Shown piece by piece: positions 1 to 13,496 of a stretch of 64,000 nt of DNA. This DNA comes from Octopus vulgaris (taxonomy: Eukaryota): positions 203,422,001 through 203,486,000 of the forward strand of contig OX597815.1 in NCBI GenBank assembly GCA_951406725.2, in the 5' to 3' direction. The notes under the pieces are model-generated. The model saw only the letters and a program-made list of their open reading frames with translations, was not told the origin of the DNA and made no database searches. Each line of letters begins with the position of its first letter. Position 1 is the first letter of the stretch. The translations under genes and the position numbers were made by a program.

Positions 1-150
1 CAGGTTCATAGTTGTCCATTTCTGCAATCACAACATTGTTTACACGAGCTGCTCGCCCTCGAATGGCACCAGCCGTTCTATCTAAGGTATCAGCATCTTT
101 GTCTTGTAATGCAATAACACATTTGTTCACATCTTCTAAGATATGGTTTT
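1..150 (-). CDS. CTNNA: alpha-catenin coding exon 12 (truncated by window edge): (E)NHILEDVNKCVIALQDKDADTLDRTAGAIRGRAARVNNVVIAEMDNYEP
   Basis: Acceptor TTTCAG at 151-156. The phase-1 junction completes GAA with exon 11. Typical M-domain sequence. Confidence 0.95.
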
Positions 151-441
151 CTGAAAGAGAAATTAAAAATAAGAATTTCATTTTGTAACAATCCTTTCTA
201 GTATAGGCACAAGGCCTGAAATTTTGCTGGGAGAGGTTAGTTGCTCGCAACGACCCCACTGCTCAACCAGTAATCTTGTTTATTGAAATTAAAGGACCAA
301 ATACAGAGTCAACCTTGGTGATATTTAAAATCAGAACATATAAGACAGATAAAAACGCTAGGCTGCATTTAGTCTGGGATGTTAATGATTCTGTCAGCTC
401 AGCACATTATTTTATGTAATTAGAATAGATTTCAAATTAGG

Positions 442-646
442 TACTCTTTTACTTGTTTCAGTCATTTGACTGTGGCCATGCTGGAGCACCGCCTTTAGTC
501 GAGCAACTCGACCCCGGGACTTATTCTTTTGTAAGCCCAGTACTTATTCTATCGGTCTCTTTTGCCGAACCGCTAAGTGACGGGGACGTAAACACACCAG
601 CATCGGTTGTCAAGCAATGCTAGGGGGACAAACACAGACACACAAA

Positions 647-692
<46 letters not shown>

Positions 693-858
693 TACGACGG
701 GCTTCTTTCAGTTTCCGTCTACCAAATCCACTCACAAGGCTTTGGTCGGCCCGAGGCTATAGTAGAAGACACTTGCCCAAGGTGCCACGCAGTAGGATTG
801 AACCCGGAACCGTGTGGTTGGTAAACAAGCTACTTACCACACAGCCACTCCTGCGCCT
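442..858 (-). mobile_element. tRNA-derived SINE family A, full length (about 400 bp, internal (TA)n)
   Basis: Head AGGCGCAGGAGTGGCTGTGTGG...GGTTCAATCC with pol III A/B boxes; tail GGCGGTGCTCCAGCATGGCC...GACTGAAACAAGTAAAAGAG; many copies in the window. Confidence 0.9.
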
Positions 859-2185
859 ATGGACAATTTTTAGAGAAAGGGTATTATTCAATTACACTAA
901 CCCCAATACTTCACTGGTACTTTATTTTATGAACCTCGGAGTGATGCAAAACAAAACTGTCCTTGACATGATTTGAAACCAGAATATAAATACTGCAAAA
1001 ACACTACCACAAAACATTTTGTCTGACACTAACAATTCTGTTAATCTTCTTCAAGCAGCCACAGAAGAATGGACAGAATCATTAACTGGCTCTATGTTCT
1101 GAATTCAAATCCTCCTGAAGTCTCATCTCATTTGTCCAATGTACTAATGATTCTGCCAATTTAGTGCATTTAATAATAGATTTTAATAGAGGCAAATGAC
1201 CAGAAATTTTGGGGAAGCAGTTAATTGATCACCTAAAATTCATTGCATGACTTGTTCAAGTGAGAGTCAATTACATCAACCCCAGTACAAAGACTTCTAC
1301 TTCATGCTGTTGACTCTGGAGAGAGAGAAAGTTGGATGAGGCAGAATGCAATTTCAATGTAAAGAGTTTTCCAGTACCAGTCAAGAATTGGAATTGATAT
1401 AACTGACTAAACCCCTCCCACAAAATTCTATCAAAATAATGCTGCCACCAAGCTCTTTTTGGTGCCTTTAGCAGAACCCACTGTTTCAAACATCCAGATT
1501 AGATCTATGATCAGAGGGAAATTTTATCTCAAGTCCACTGCTTCTTGCTTCAGCAAGCTACAAATTGGTTTCTGTTTCCCTTTTTCCCCCACAACATATC
1601 TGAGAAGTTTCACAAAAGCTCAAGGACATTAACCTTTCTCCACTGAGTCATTAAAATCAAGTATAATAAAGCTTAATATCTTTAATAAAGAATTAATATC
1701 CAGTCTACAGACTGTGCTTAACAAGAATAAAAAACAAGCAGCACCAATGGAAGACGTATGAGCAATGATCCATTCGCAACATCTGTTTAACCAATATGAA
1801 TGCTATTAAAAACTGCTTTAATTATACTACATCTTTTATAATTAAACATCAATCATTTGGTAATAAACCGACATTACATTTAGTGAAATATGCATGTTTG
1901 GTTACTAGAAAAATAAATCAATATTTCATCTACACTAAGCATTGATTTTTTGCATTTTGGTGGTGATGGTAGTAGTGGTTAGAGTCATAAGTAATGTACT
2001 CAGCTTATTTAAACTAATAATCCCGGAAAGAAGAAAAGAAGTTGATCCTGGCAGAAACCACAGACACTGAATCTGGATGAGCCAATTCAACTTACTGAAT
2101 ATAGCAGCTATGCCTCCCTCAACCTACACAACCATATTCAAACAGAAAGAAAGGAAGGATATATTGGATAAGGTAGTCCTTACTG

Positions 2186-2220
2186 TGACATGCAAATTCG
2201 TGAAGCGTTCCATATTTTTT
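2186..2220 (+). pseudogene. U6 snRNA 3'-end fragment fused to a retroelement-like 3' tail (2221-2280)
   Basis: TGACATGCAAATTCGTGAAGCGTTCCATATTTTTT versus U6 TGACACGCAAATTCGTGAAGCGTTCCATATTTT (one CpG-type mismatch). Confidence 0.88.
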
Positions 2221-2656
2221 ACAGCGGTGGTGCCCCAGCATGGCCGCGGCTTTCGGGCTAAAACATTTTTAAGGATTTAAGTGAATGAGATCATATATGA
2301 AATACCAAAACTCCAATGTTTCCCCACCAATAGTGTAACCCTCTGGAACATTCTCATTGCCCATCTTTATTCCACCCATCATTAATGCATAAAATAAAAG
2401 TTTCAAAATGAACATTAATCTCAGCTTGTTACCTTCAAGACTAAAAATGCTAAAACAAAGACTATGGCTGTTGTCCTTAATCCTAATAAGTTTTGAATTA
2501 GGAGTGTTGCCCACAGACACACTAAAAAAATTACATCCACACAAAACACACACCTACAATCACACACCTACGCACACACAATCACACATCAACACACATA
2601 TTCAGACAATATATGAAGTAACAAAACAAAATACAAAAACCACTTCAGTTAATTAC

Positions 2657-2813
2657 CTGACACAGCTAAGAAGTCATCAATAGTGGTAATATCATCTACA
2701 GCTTCAGTAAGGAGTTGTACTTGCTTCACCCATGCTTCTTTAAATGTTGCCATGTTTTCTTGGGCTACTTTGGAATGTGAACGAGCGGCCAAGATTCTGG
2801 CAGCATTGATTAC
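2657..2813 (-). CDS. CTNNA: alpha-catenin coding exon 11 (157 nt): VINAARILAARSHSKVAQENMATFKEAWVKQVQLLTEAVDDITTIDDFLAVS
   Basis: TAG acceptor and G|GTAAT donor; open frame, phases 0 and 1. Confidence 0.96.
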
Positions 2814-4076
2814 CTATAACATCAACAGGAGCATAACATTAACAAAACCGTTAACTAATCTAAAACATTTCAGGAAACGATTAATCACACAATATTTAAT
2901 GAGTATCAATCATCCATAACATTTAGTATAAGCAATAATGAGGACAAGCCAATGAAGGGTCCTCTACCTGACCATTAAACTCATCAGCTTTTCAAATCAC
3001 ACCTTACTTTCTAGGGAAAGGCAGGTACAATGAATAATGTGACTCTAGGAATATTGTACTTGGGGAAAAGAGTGATGTGATCATGGCTAGAATACTTTTG
3101 TTCAGAGGTCTGTTTGAGCAGTTACTAAGCAGGTGGAGGAAGGTATCAAAGTTCTCGAGGCTCAATGTTAATCTATGAATGCACTGGTTTGTCAAATAAA
3201 TACTAAGGTCCAAGAGCATTACTTTGCCTAGGCATTTATAGCACTGTGAAGGCAGCCCCACCTACACAACAAAACCCCTATGCTGTTGCTTGACTGACTA
3301 TCAATAGCACTAAATTTCTTCACAACCTGCTACCTTAAAAAATAAATGTTAGATAATGAAATCCTACATGTAAAAAAAAATAAAAGGGGGATGGTCATGA
3401 TTAGAATACCTTTAATAACAAGTATGCTCAATCAAGGCTGACCTGGTAAATAACAAAATAATGGTTTCAAATTTTGGCACAAGGCCAGCAGTTTTGGGGA
3501 AGAGCAAAGTTAATTAAATCCCAGTGCTCAACTGGTACTTATTTTATTGACTCTGAAAGGATGAAAAGCAAAGCCAACCCAGTGGAATTTGAACTCAAAG
3601 TAAAAATGGGTGAAATACCACTACACTTTCTACTAAGTGTGCTAACAATTCTGCCAGCTTGCCACCTTAAATATAAAAAAATAATAAAAAAATGAAAAAT
3701 ACGCTTTGTTACAAAAAAAAAAAAACAAAGCCTTCCTCCACACATACTGTTAATTCATAATTAAGATAAGGTTGATTGTTGTTTAGCACCAGGTCCATCC
3801 ATGATCAAAAAAGCTTATGAAGAAAGATGTTCAAGCTTCATCCACTTTTAAAGTCACGTCTCCAGTCATTCTAATGTGGTTTGTTTTTGGAGCGTTGAAA
3901 TGTATTGTAGAACAAGTAGAAAAAATTTTTTTTTTCAACATGTAAAATACTGAACAGAATATATAAAGGATAAAATCTTTTCAAAAGCATAAAAATTTTG
4001 CCAGCAATCATAGCTGGTTGCCAGCAAATTTTTCTGCTCTTAAAAGGATTTTATCCTTTATATATATACTGTTCAA

Positions 4077-4273
4077 TGTTAGTTAGTTAATTTTTTGGCT
4101 AGAAAAGCAAGGCCATGTAGGGGGACATGGAGTTATGTACAGGGTGGTGTTCATGTAAAGAGTTCAGGCCACTTGTGGTCAAGGGAGACTTTGAACCGAG
4201 CGGTCGTCGGCATCTTCACTATCTCGTCCGGCAGCTTATTCCATGGATCCGCAACCCGGACGGAGAAAGCCCC
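4077..4273 (-). mobile_element. CR1/L2-type LINE 3' end with (TAAC)n tail
   Basis: Translates GAFSVRVADPWNKLPDEIVKMPTTARFKVSLDHKWPELFT* (FSxRVxxxWNxLP motif); CpG-rich, so probably young. Confidence 0.8.
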
Positions 4274-4514
4274 ATGCTGAGAAAAAATATATCTTTCAAC
4301 TTGTTTTACTCCTTTTAATATAACAGCTACTGCTTGGAGATGTAAGTAAATCTTTGGACAGCATGCCCCAAGAATAAAGAAACCATGACCTTAGCTTCAA
4401 TACTCATTGAAGATTTCTTCATTTAGTTACCTCCATGTCATAGGTATACTCAACCACAACTGATCAGAGCTACTCAACAAGAGTAAAAAAGGCTGATTAA
4501 TTAATAATACTTAC

Positions 4515-4607
4515 TTGGGGGCAGAGACTTTCTATTTCAGCTGCAGCAATACGAACCATCTTGACACCTTCTTCATTGCTGGACATTGAACAGGCAAGAT
4601 GAGCTAC
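4515..4607 (-). CDS. CTNNA: alpha-catenin coding exon 10 (93 nt): VAHLACSMSSNEEGVKMVRIAAAEIESLCPQ
   Basis: TTTAG acceptor and GTAAGT donor; in frame. Confidence 0.96.
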
Positions 4608-5185
4608 CTAAAGACAAGACATGGTAAATTGAATGAGTATGATACACATGATGATGGAAAATTAGTCACCTGGATTGGAAAGACAGAGACCAAGATATAT
4701 TGAGAAAGTGGAAGATTGTAACAGAGATAGATGTAACAATGAAGGAGGTGGTAGGAAACAAGTCACTGACCACTTGCAATAGATGTAACAAATGAATGAA
4801 AAGAACTGATAAAGTAAGTGAATAGATAAGTAACCATGATTGAATATGATGGATAATGAATGAAAGAATGAAAGACTGAGCTAACATAACATGATAATGA
4901 GTGAATTAATGAATAATGTAACAAAAGACTGAGCAAACAAATGTGATTGATATAAAGGGAAATTAATGAATTGATGATTCTAACTAATGAAGAAAATGAA
5001 TGAGAAATAAACATGACTGAGAAAGAAAGAATGATTGAGAGAAAGAGTAAATATGATCAAGGTAAGAAGTAAAGAATGAAAATGACTGCTGCTTCATGAA
5101 ACAAATGAATGTAGATGATATGGTAAAATGACTGAATGATGGTTTGAAGTATAAGAAATGTGAAAATAAAATGAATGAAGATTAA

Positions 5186-5630
5186 CCCTTTTGTTACTGT
5201 ATTTATTTTGATATACTCTATGTTCCTTTCAATTACTTTAACCCTTTCGTGTTTAAACCGGCCATATCCAGCCAAAATATTCTACCTATTTTATGCTCAA
5301 ACTAGTCAGATATGGTCATTCATAGCTATCTTATTGTGTCATTTTTAAAAATAAACAATCACATCATTGAAATCTCAAAGCCATGAAATGATGCAAGATT
5401 AATTTTACATGGTGTGAATACATAAGCTTTACATTTGACAGAATAATCTGAATGCTAAAGGGTTAAATATAACAAAGAATTTGGTAAAATAACTTAGTTA
5501 TCATTCAGCTAATTTTAGGAACATAAATTGTGGCCAAGGTTTGGAAGAAGATTTTAATTCAAAACTTATGAAAACAAGACATTTGTACTCAGAGCCAGAG
5601 CCGGTTTCAGCTGGGTTGGTAATGAAAGGG
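5186..5630. mobile_element. piggyBac-like MITE (TTAA target duplication) containing a nested TTAA MITE at 5242-5462
   Basis: TTAA-CCCTTTTGTTAC...GTAATGAAAGGG-TTAA; inner element TTAA-CCCTTT...TAAAGGG-TTAA. Confidence 0.8.
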
Positions 5631-6214
5631 TTAATGAGTTAATGAGTGTGTGTGTATCAGAAGTGAGTGAATAAATCTCTAACTAATGCACACAAGGAAT
5701 AAATATAGATTCAACAGTAGTGGGAAAAATTATTATAGAGAATGAATTAGAAAACTTGCTTAAATGTATAAAAATGCATAAAACAAAATAATAAAAAAAA
5801 CAGGGAGAGGGATGAAAAATTTACAATACTTTATTGAAATATTAATCCTTATAAAAAAAAAAAACTGGGCTGATGGATCATACCACCATTTTTATGTTAG
5901 GAAGATAATTAGGTGTTGTTTGAGGTAGGGAGAGAGAGAGAAAAAGAGATTCTCAAAAGAATTTCATATAACAATGTTATTGTGTTGTTTCTCATAAATA
6001 TGGTCAAGCAGTTGGCTTTCATCAGCAAAAGGTTAAAAATATATATCCCTACAGTAATTTAGTGAAGGAAAGAAAATTTAATTGGTAATGTGTGCTATCA
6101 CTGCTATCAGAAATGCTCTGAACAAAGCATTTAATCCATCATCTAATTAATAATAGCTGCAACAAATGTTGGTTGATTGAGCTCTCCAGTTATACTTTAC
6201 ATTGTCTAGAAAGG

Positions 6215-6255
<41 letters not shown>

Positions 6256-6332
6256 AAAGACAGTTTCTATAAAGATGCCTGAGTCTGCATGCTTGGTTAG
6301 GTGGCAGGCAATGAGTAAGGAATGCTACACAC

Positions 6333-6700
6333 GTGGTAGCAACCACATGGTTCTGGGTTCAGTCCCATTGCGTGGCATCTTGGACAAGTGTCTTCTGCTA
6401 TAGCCCCGGGCCGACCAATGCCTTGTGAGTGGATTTGGTAGACGGAAACTGAAAGAAGCCTGTCGTATATATGTATATATATATGTGTGTATGTGTTTGT
6501 GTGTCTGTCCCTCTAGCATTGCTTGACAACCGATGCTGGTGTGTTTAAGTCCCCGTAACTTAGCAGTTCAGCATAAGAGACCGATAGAATAAGTACTGGG
6601 CTTACAAAGAATAAGTCCCAGGGTCAAGTTGCTTGACTAAAGGCGGTGCTCCAGCATGGCCACAGTCAAATGACTGAAACAAGTAAAAGAGTAAAGAGTA
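6333..6700 (+). mobile_element. SINE family A (head slightly truncated)
   Basis: Reverse-complement match to 442-858. Confidence 0.88.
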
Positions 6701-9557
6701 TGCTGACGCACATACACACACAGTGAGAGAGAGACTCAAAAGTAGAGGTGTAAATGACAGTAGTAATAAGAGGAGATCAAATATTGTAGAGACAGGTTTC
6801 TGATAAGAGTAGATTATGTTTATGTTGATAATATTTAGAAAAATAACATTTAATGCAAATATACAAATGAGAAGTTTGTTTTATTTATTATATTTTAAAG
6901 ATATAATTTTTCTAAAATTACAATTCATTATACAATTTTGATAAAAGTTAAACTATATATATATTGGATGTATGTCTCATTTCTTGATATTACCCATGGT
7001 TGAAAAATATATTTTCAAAGTTCCCCATGATAAGACAGGTAATAAATAAAGGTCAACTCATCTTAACACATATCTTTCTTTTCCTAAGATGAGCCATGGT
7101 TTGCAAGCGCTGAAAGCTGGTTATACAGTAGGGAGTTGTACAAACCCATGGTATACCTATTTACAGTGAACTGGCCTGAGCCATCTGAAAATTATTAATA
7201 TCTTAACCGAGAACAAATTCAAAGCCTATTCCTACTACACTGATCTCAAAGGATTTCTAAACACAAAGTACAGCTTATCTAAATTGTCACAGAAGCCTCA
7301 CAGAATTCAAACTGAACCCCTCACTCAGTACCCTTAACACCATAATAGTTTGATTTGCTGAGGTTTTTTGTAAAATAGAAAACTAAAAAAATATTTTAAA
7401 ATACACAGCACTAAAGGTCTGTGTGTGCGCACAGGCACGCACATCAAAATCTTGCAAATTCAGCTGTATCTCCAATATTAAATTATACTCAAGCCAACAA
7501 GTTAAAGGAGTCTATGTGATTGTTCAACCAGCTAGAAATAGAAGCCAAGTCTCCCTAGTTACCCCTAAAAATACAAGATGATTACAGCTAAAATATCTTC
7601 AATCAAAGGTTTGTTCACTGTGAAAGAGAAGACTGAAGAAGCAGAAAATGAGTAAAGGGTGAGGGTGTCTAAACTAATTGCAGCTTTTAAGTGACTACCG
7701 AAGAGAAAATTATGCAACAAGAATCAAGCCTCATTCATATACACTTTAGCAGACAGGAAATATTTAGCATATATCAATTATACAATCTCAACTGCCCCAC
7801 TTTAACCCAAGAGTTCCTTGTATCTATTAACATGGTGATTATGGCCAAGCAACTCTATGAAAACATCCGTTAGAATAATAGTGGAGGAACACTTAGAAAT
7901 AATTACTATAATAACAGTAATAAAATTTTGTTTGCTTCAGTATCGAAAAGTGTTTTTTATTTTAATGTCAATTTAAATATCAAATACAAGTGGAAACTAG
8001 ATTTTCTTAAATTTTTGAGAATGCAGTACCACAAATGTTTTATCACCTCAACTCCAAAATAAGTGAGTTGTATTGTTGCCAACTTCATTTAATCCTAGGT
8101 AAATCCAGAATAAGGAGACTTACGGTCAAAGGCAGTAGCTATGACCAATGTGTCTCTTTTCCAAACAGAAAGACATATTGTAGTCTTGGTTACATGCATT
8201 ATCTAATACCATTCATTGAAAACAATCACTATCATCATTTTAATGTCTGTTTTTCCATGCTCACATGACTCAGATGGATATTGCTGACGTAGATTTTCTA
8301 CAGCCAGATACCCTTCTAGTTGCCAGCTTTCACCTGTCTCCAAGTAAAATAACACTTCCTCATGACCAGACATTTTTACAGAAGATTGCAAATAAGACAC
8401 TTGTTTACAACTGTAATGTGATGAGAAGGCAAGGAAATAGTAACACACACACAAATGACTCCTGAAGACATTCCCACTATCCACCATCTCTCTAACTGCA
8501 GAATTCTGTTGCCATAATTAAATGATATAACTGCAGAACAGACCAGTTTTCCTCCAATAACACACACCATTCTTACTACTTGGAACTGGTTCACTTGTTA
8601 TCCATCTTTCATTCTTAACACTGTTTCCTCCAAATCTTTTACATCGATCACCCACAACCATATATCATCTTTCTCTTCTCTCTCTCTTGCCCTACCCCTA
8701 TCTAGTGTACCATCATTACTTTTTCTGTAGCGCTTCACTCACCACCTTTTTTTTTTTTTGCACTGTCAGTTATTTTCTATTCTCTCCTACCATATATGCA
8801 TTATTGGTCACCCACCTTGACCCTTATCCACCATTCATTACATCCACCTCTCAACCCTACCCAATTTCTAGTCATCACCTACTTTTCCCTACCTCCCCTA
8901 CTCATCACCCTTAAACACCTGTTCATAATATTCATCCCCTCACCTTACAATCTCTATTCACCAGCACTCTTTTCTATCCTCACACTTTGAGGTTCCACCT
9001 CAAAACCTCATCACCACTATTTTATCTCTTTCCAACTCCACTTTCTTTTCTATAATGCAAGTAGCCATGTAACTCTTCTACAACAAGAAACCTGTTCCAT
9101 TCTGGAGCCTTCTCTCTTACTTCCACCTCTCATTTTCTTGTATGAAGCAACTGCATTCTTTCCATTCAGCCAAAGATGATTTTAGTCTTGCAAGCTTCAC
9201 AGTGACCTCAATGATGCTAATGCAATGACACAGAAAAAAAAAGTCACACCCAGTAAGAACTGTAAAGTGGGTGGTGCTAAGAAAACCTTGTCAAAACAAT
9301 CTTTTTGAACAATTAAAAAATTCCTTTGAATATGAAGTGTTGTCAGCTGAGAAAGCAATCTTGCAATTAGCTCACTCAAATTTGCCAAATAAAATGATGG
9401 GCAAGAAGGGCATCAAGCTGTAGAAAACATTGGAGCTTGGAACAATTCTGTGGCTGGTTGGATCCTGTTAAACCATCAATCCATGCCAGCATAGACATTA
9501 AATGATATTGATGATAATAGCAATAAGGATGGGAACTATGATAATAATGATACATAC

Positions 9558-9710
9558 CTCTACAAGCTTATTAGCATGTTCAGTAAATATGACTGCAAAC
9601 TCTTCTACCGCATTCTCATTACCAGCTTTGGCTGCTTCAATGAGCACAAGAAGAGGAACGTTGGTTTCCAGAAAGGAATCAGATACATGATCCACAACAG
9701 CTTTCCTTAG
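9558..9710 (-). CDS. CTNNA: alpha-catenin coding exon 9 (153 nt): LRKAVVDHVSDSFLETNVPLLVLIEAAKAGNENAVEEFAVIFTEHANKLVE
   Basis: Poly-T/ACAG acceptor and GAG|GTATGT donor; overlaps ORF 9498..9695. Confidence 0.97.
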
Positions 9711-10152
9711 CTGTAAAAAAAAAAAAAAAAATTAAAATTAAATAAAAAAGCAATTGAACAAAAATCAATTAAGAAAACCTCATTACAAGACCTATTTCAA
9801 ACTTCATTATAAGACACATTTCAAAGTTACCAAAGGTATTGCAGTAGTAATATTTTATTTATTCATTACATGTATGACAGAGTATAAATATCTAAAGGGG
9901 AAAATTGGGTATATAGTACCGTGCAAATGTATTCATAAAACTATTGTAAATTTCCACTAATTGCCAACTTATAAGTGGATGTTTCACATTGATTTTTTTT
10001 ACAGATGAAACATTGACCCTGTTGGAGTCATTTCCATACCTAATCATTATCTTTTGTAATAGGGGTTCAGAATGAGAGGGAAAGATGCGAGATGACCACC
10101 AAAAATGGCCACGCAAAAGTTTTTAGCTACCTCATATAAACCAATCAAGATA

Positions 10153-11164
10153 CAGTGTTTTAAAACAGAAAAATGTTAATATTGAAAATTGATTACATAA
10201 TGTTCATTTCAAGAAGTTACTGTACATTGTTAATATTTCATGTGGCTTCCCTTAGCTTGAATAATTGCTTCAATGCTCCTAGGAAGAGATGCATACAAAT
10301 CCTTCACCATTTTTACAGGTTTGAGATGCCATTCTCAGTGGTTGAGCTCCAACAACTCTTCAAGATTGCGTGGATTCTTCTGACAAACTCTTCTCTTTAG
10401 TTCTGTTCACATTTGCTCAATGATATTTAAGTCAGGGCTCTGAGCTGGCCAATCTTTCAATATGGTAACACCATCAACCAGACTCTTGCGTTGCATGTGA
10501 TCTGTGGCATGGAACTCCGTCATGCTGAAAAATTTCAACTTCATCCAGGTCTGATATCAAATTGTCCTTCAGCAACTGGATGTACTTGGCACTATTCAAG
10601 TTACTGTCAATTTTAAGCAACTTTCTTGAACCATCACTTCATGTATCCCCAAAGCATCAGACCCTTACCCTCAAACTTCACTGTTTTCATTGTATAACAT
10701 GGGTCATTTAGCTTTCTAATAAGTGAGAATTTGTCAGAAGGCCACCAGGAGAGCAAAATGACCCATGTTACACAATGAAAAACAGTGAAGTTTGGGGGTA
10801 AGAGTAAGGAGCTTTGAGGATACATAAAAAGTGATGGTTCAAGAAAGTCGGTTAAAATTGATGGTAACTTGAATAGTGGCAAATACATCGAGTTACTGAA
10901 TGACAATTTGATAGCAGACCTAAATGAAGTAGAGATTTTTCAGTATGACGGAGCTCCATGCCACAGATGGTGTGCAACACAACAGAGCCTAGCAGATGAA
11001 GGTGATACCGCATTGAAAGATTGACCAACTCATGTGGACAGAACTAAAGAGAAGAGTTCGACAGAAGAATCCATGCAATCCTGAGTTGTGGGAGCTCAGT
11101 CACAGAGAATGGCAACTCATACCTGTGAAGATGGTGAAGGATTTGTACACATCTATTCTCAGAA
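10153..11164. mobile_element. Tc1/mariner transposase remnant arranged as an inverted duplication
   Basis: Degenerate translation ..TVKFGGKS..GYIKSDG..KIDGNLNSGKYIELL..IFQYDGAPCH..W.ELKRRV on + (10756-11164), mirrored on - (10278-10709); TA-CAGTG end at 10151. Confidence 0.8.
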
Positions 11165-11757
11165 AGACATGTAACAAGGTGGTGAGAAATGATCCAATGT
11201 TGAGCCTGACAGAGGAGTTGACAAGGGACTGAGGCTTTTAGCGATTTGTTTGAGAAGACCATGGCAAACTAAGTAAAATCGTGGCCATCCATACGTATAG
11301 GCATGTTATTTACAGCCAAGCTTCCCCTCACGCAATCTGACCTCTTTCAAAACTTCTACACAATCCACCTTATCCAACTACCCATCCCACCATCCATGAT
11401 CACAGGTTTGTTCAGTCAGAGTCGGCCAGGAGCTAAACAACAACAAAAAAGCTAATTGACCATATTTGTCATAAGTAAGACTAAAGAGTGATCTTGATAT
11501 GGTCAGTTGACAGCAGAGTTGGTAACAGCTATTCAACATAAGCCTATGACAGCTAAATCTATGAGCATTGGACAAATTCATTAGTGGTTTAGCTGTATAT
11601 AAAATAAAATCACTAGCACTTATATGTCTATAGTTTATCCAGAATTAGTAATGTCTATCCACTACCTTTTCCAACAACCACTATTGTATTTGTCAGATGA
11701 GATATATTTATCAAAACTGTCACACCTTAACCTGAAAGCTTGAGCCAAAAATATTAA

Positions 11758-12345
11758 CTCTTTCTTAGTCACACAGGTGTGTGTCGTCACCCTAAATTTT
11801 TTTAAACATTCGTAATTTCCAGTTAGCAGCTTTTTTATTTTTTTTGCTCTTTCCTCTACTCTTCTGACTCAGTGAGGGCCTATTGCAGGTGGTCTGGCGC
11901 AGTCATGACTCAGTTGTCGTGGGAGGTAGACATTTTTGTCTAGTCACCCCATGTGACTAACACAGCTGAAAGTTTGATTGAAAGCATATTGTAATGAAGA
12001 TTGTCCATTAAGTTACTTTTTTTATATTAATATTCATCATAGATATCAAAAAATTCCACAAAATGGTGTATTCTGTGGGTATTTTCACAATAAATACGAT
12101 CTGAATCTTAAAATTTTTTTTAGTTTTTCCTTAATTTTATAGATTTATTTTATAGTATTGTTTTATATTAATATCAATCAGCTACAAGGGTTTCAAACTT
12201 CTCAGCAGTGATTGCAGATATATCCTGAACCAACAGAATGAGTATATTTCACATAATACTAAAACTATAAACATTTTTGTATTGGGGTGTGTCAACACCT
12301 AATGTGACTAATCATGTTCAGAAAGATCAGGCAACTAACAAAGGG
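11758..12345. mobile_element. piggyBac-like non-autonomous element
   Basis: TTAA on both sides; terminal inverted repeats CTCTTTCTTAGT / ACTAACAAAGGG (10/12 match). Confidence 0.6.
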
Positions 12346-13126
12346 TTAATTTCCAACTGAAGCCAAAGCTGCAAATCAGTTTCAATTTCATCTACTCTAG
12401 TAGTGTATTACTGGTACTTATTTAAATTATACTGGAAGGATAGACATCAAAGTCGATTGAATGTAGATTTTTGGGATGAAATATGATTTTATCCCTTTCT
12501 AAATCTTCCCCTGCAACAGGTACCTTAGATTGTGTGTGTGTGTGTAATAGACAGAACATTTATTAGATTCCACAAAACAAATTATCTGAAAAAAATGTTT
12601 GTATTCATAGCTCCTGAGAATAGCATACAGCACCATTTGCTTTAGTTTACTTCCTGACAGACAAAAACCAAGTTATTGTTTTATATATATTTGTGTGTAT
12701 GTGTGTCTGTGTGGAGAGAGAGAGAGAGCAAGAGATACATATCCATATATATAAAGAGAGGAGGAGGTTACTACTAAATCCATTGTCTTCCTTGCTGGAG
12801 GCCAATTCAGTCTAGCAGAGCTTATTATTCAACAGATTATTGGCTGTTATAAAGAATAAGTTAGGTGAAATGATCATCAAGCTGACCTTGCAAGAGCTAG
12901 ACTCGTATTCCATTCACTAGTACACTTTTTTTCTACATTGTAATTTATTTTCTTCCCTAGAGAAATTTTTTATTTGACAGTCATGTAATTTATTTTTATT
13001 AATATTATTTTAATTTTTAGCAATGAAGATTAATGATTTCTACTAAAGAATGATTAGAAAATGCACATTCAGGCATACACACCCCTCTCTCTCTCTCTGT
13101 ATATATATATATATATATATATACTT

Positions 13127-13195
<69 letters not shown>

Positions 13196-13496
13196 CATCA
13201 TTCATTTCATCATAAAATTAAGTTTTAAGTTTTGGTTAATGAAAGTTTGTAAATTGGTTGTTATATTTATTAGTAATATATTTACATTTCAAAATGGCCA
13301 CCCCTATTTTATGTTTAAATAATTGTTAATTATGCTTAAATAATGGGTAAATATGATGCTGTACCCAGTACATATGTATGCATTCACTATGTGTACCCCA
13401 GTTTTAAAATAGGTAGAGGACTGGTGTAAAAATTGACTCAAATGGTTGGCATCAGAAAGGGTATCAAGCCTCAAAAAGCTTGTGTATGTGCGTATA

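Noticed and set aside
617-976. Recurrent short ORFs such as MLGGQT..RASFSFRLPNPLTR
   Set aside because: These are translations of SINE-A copies, not a gene family.
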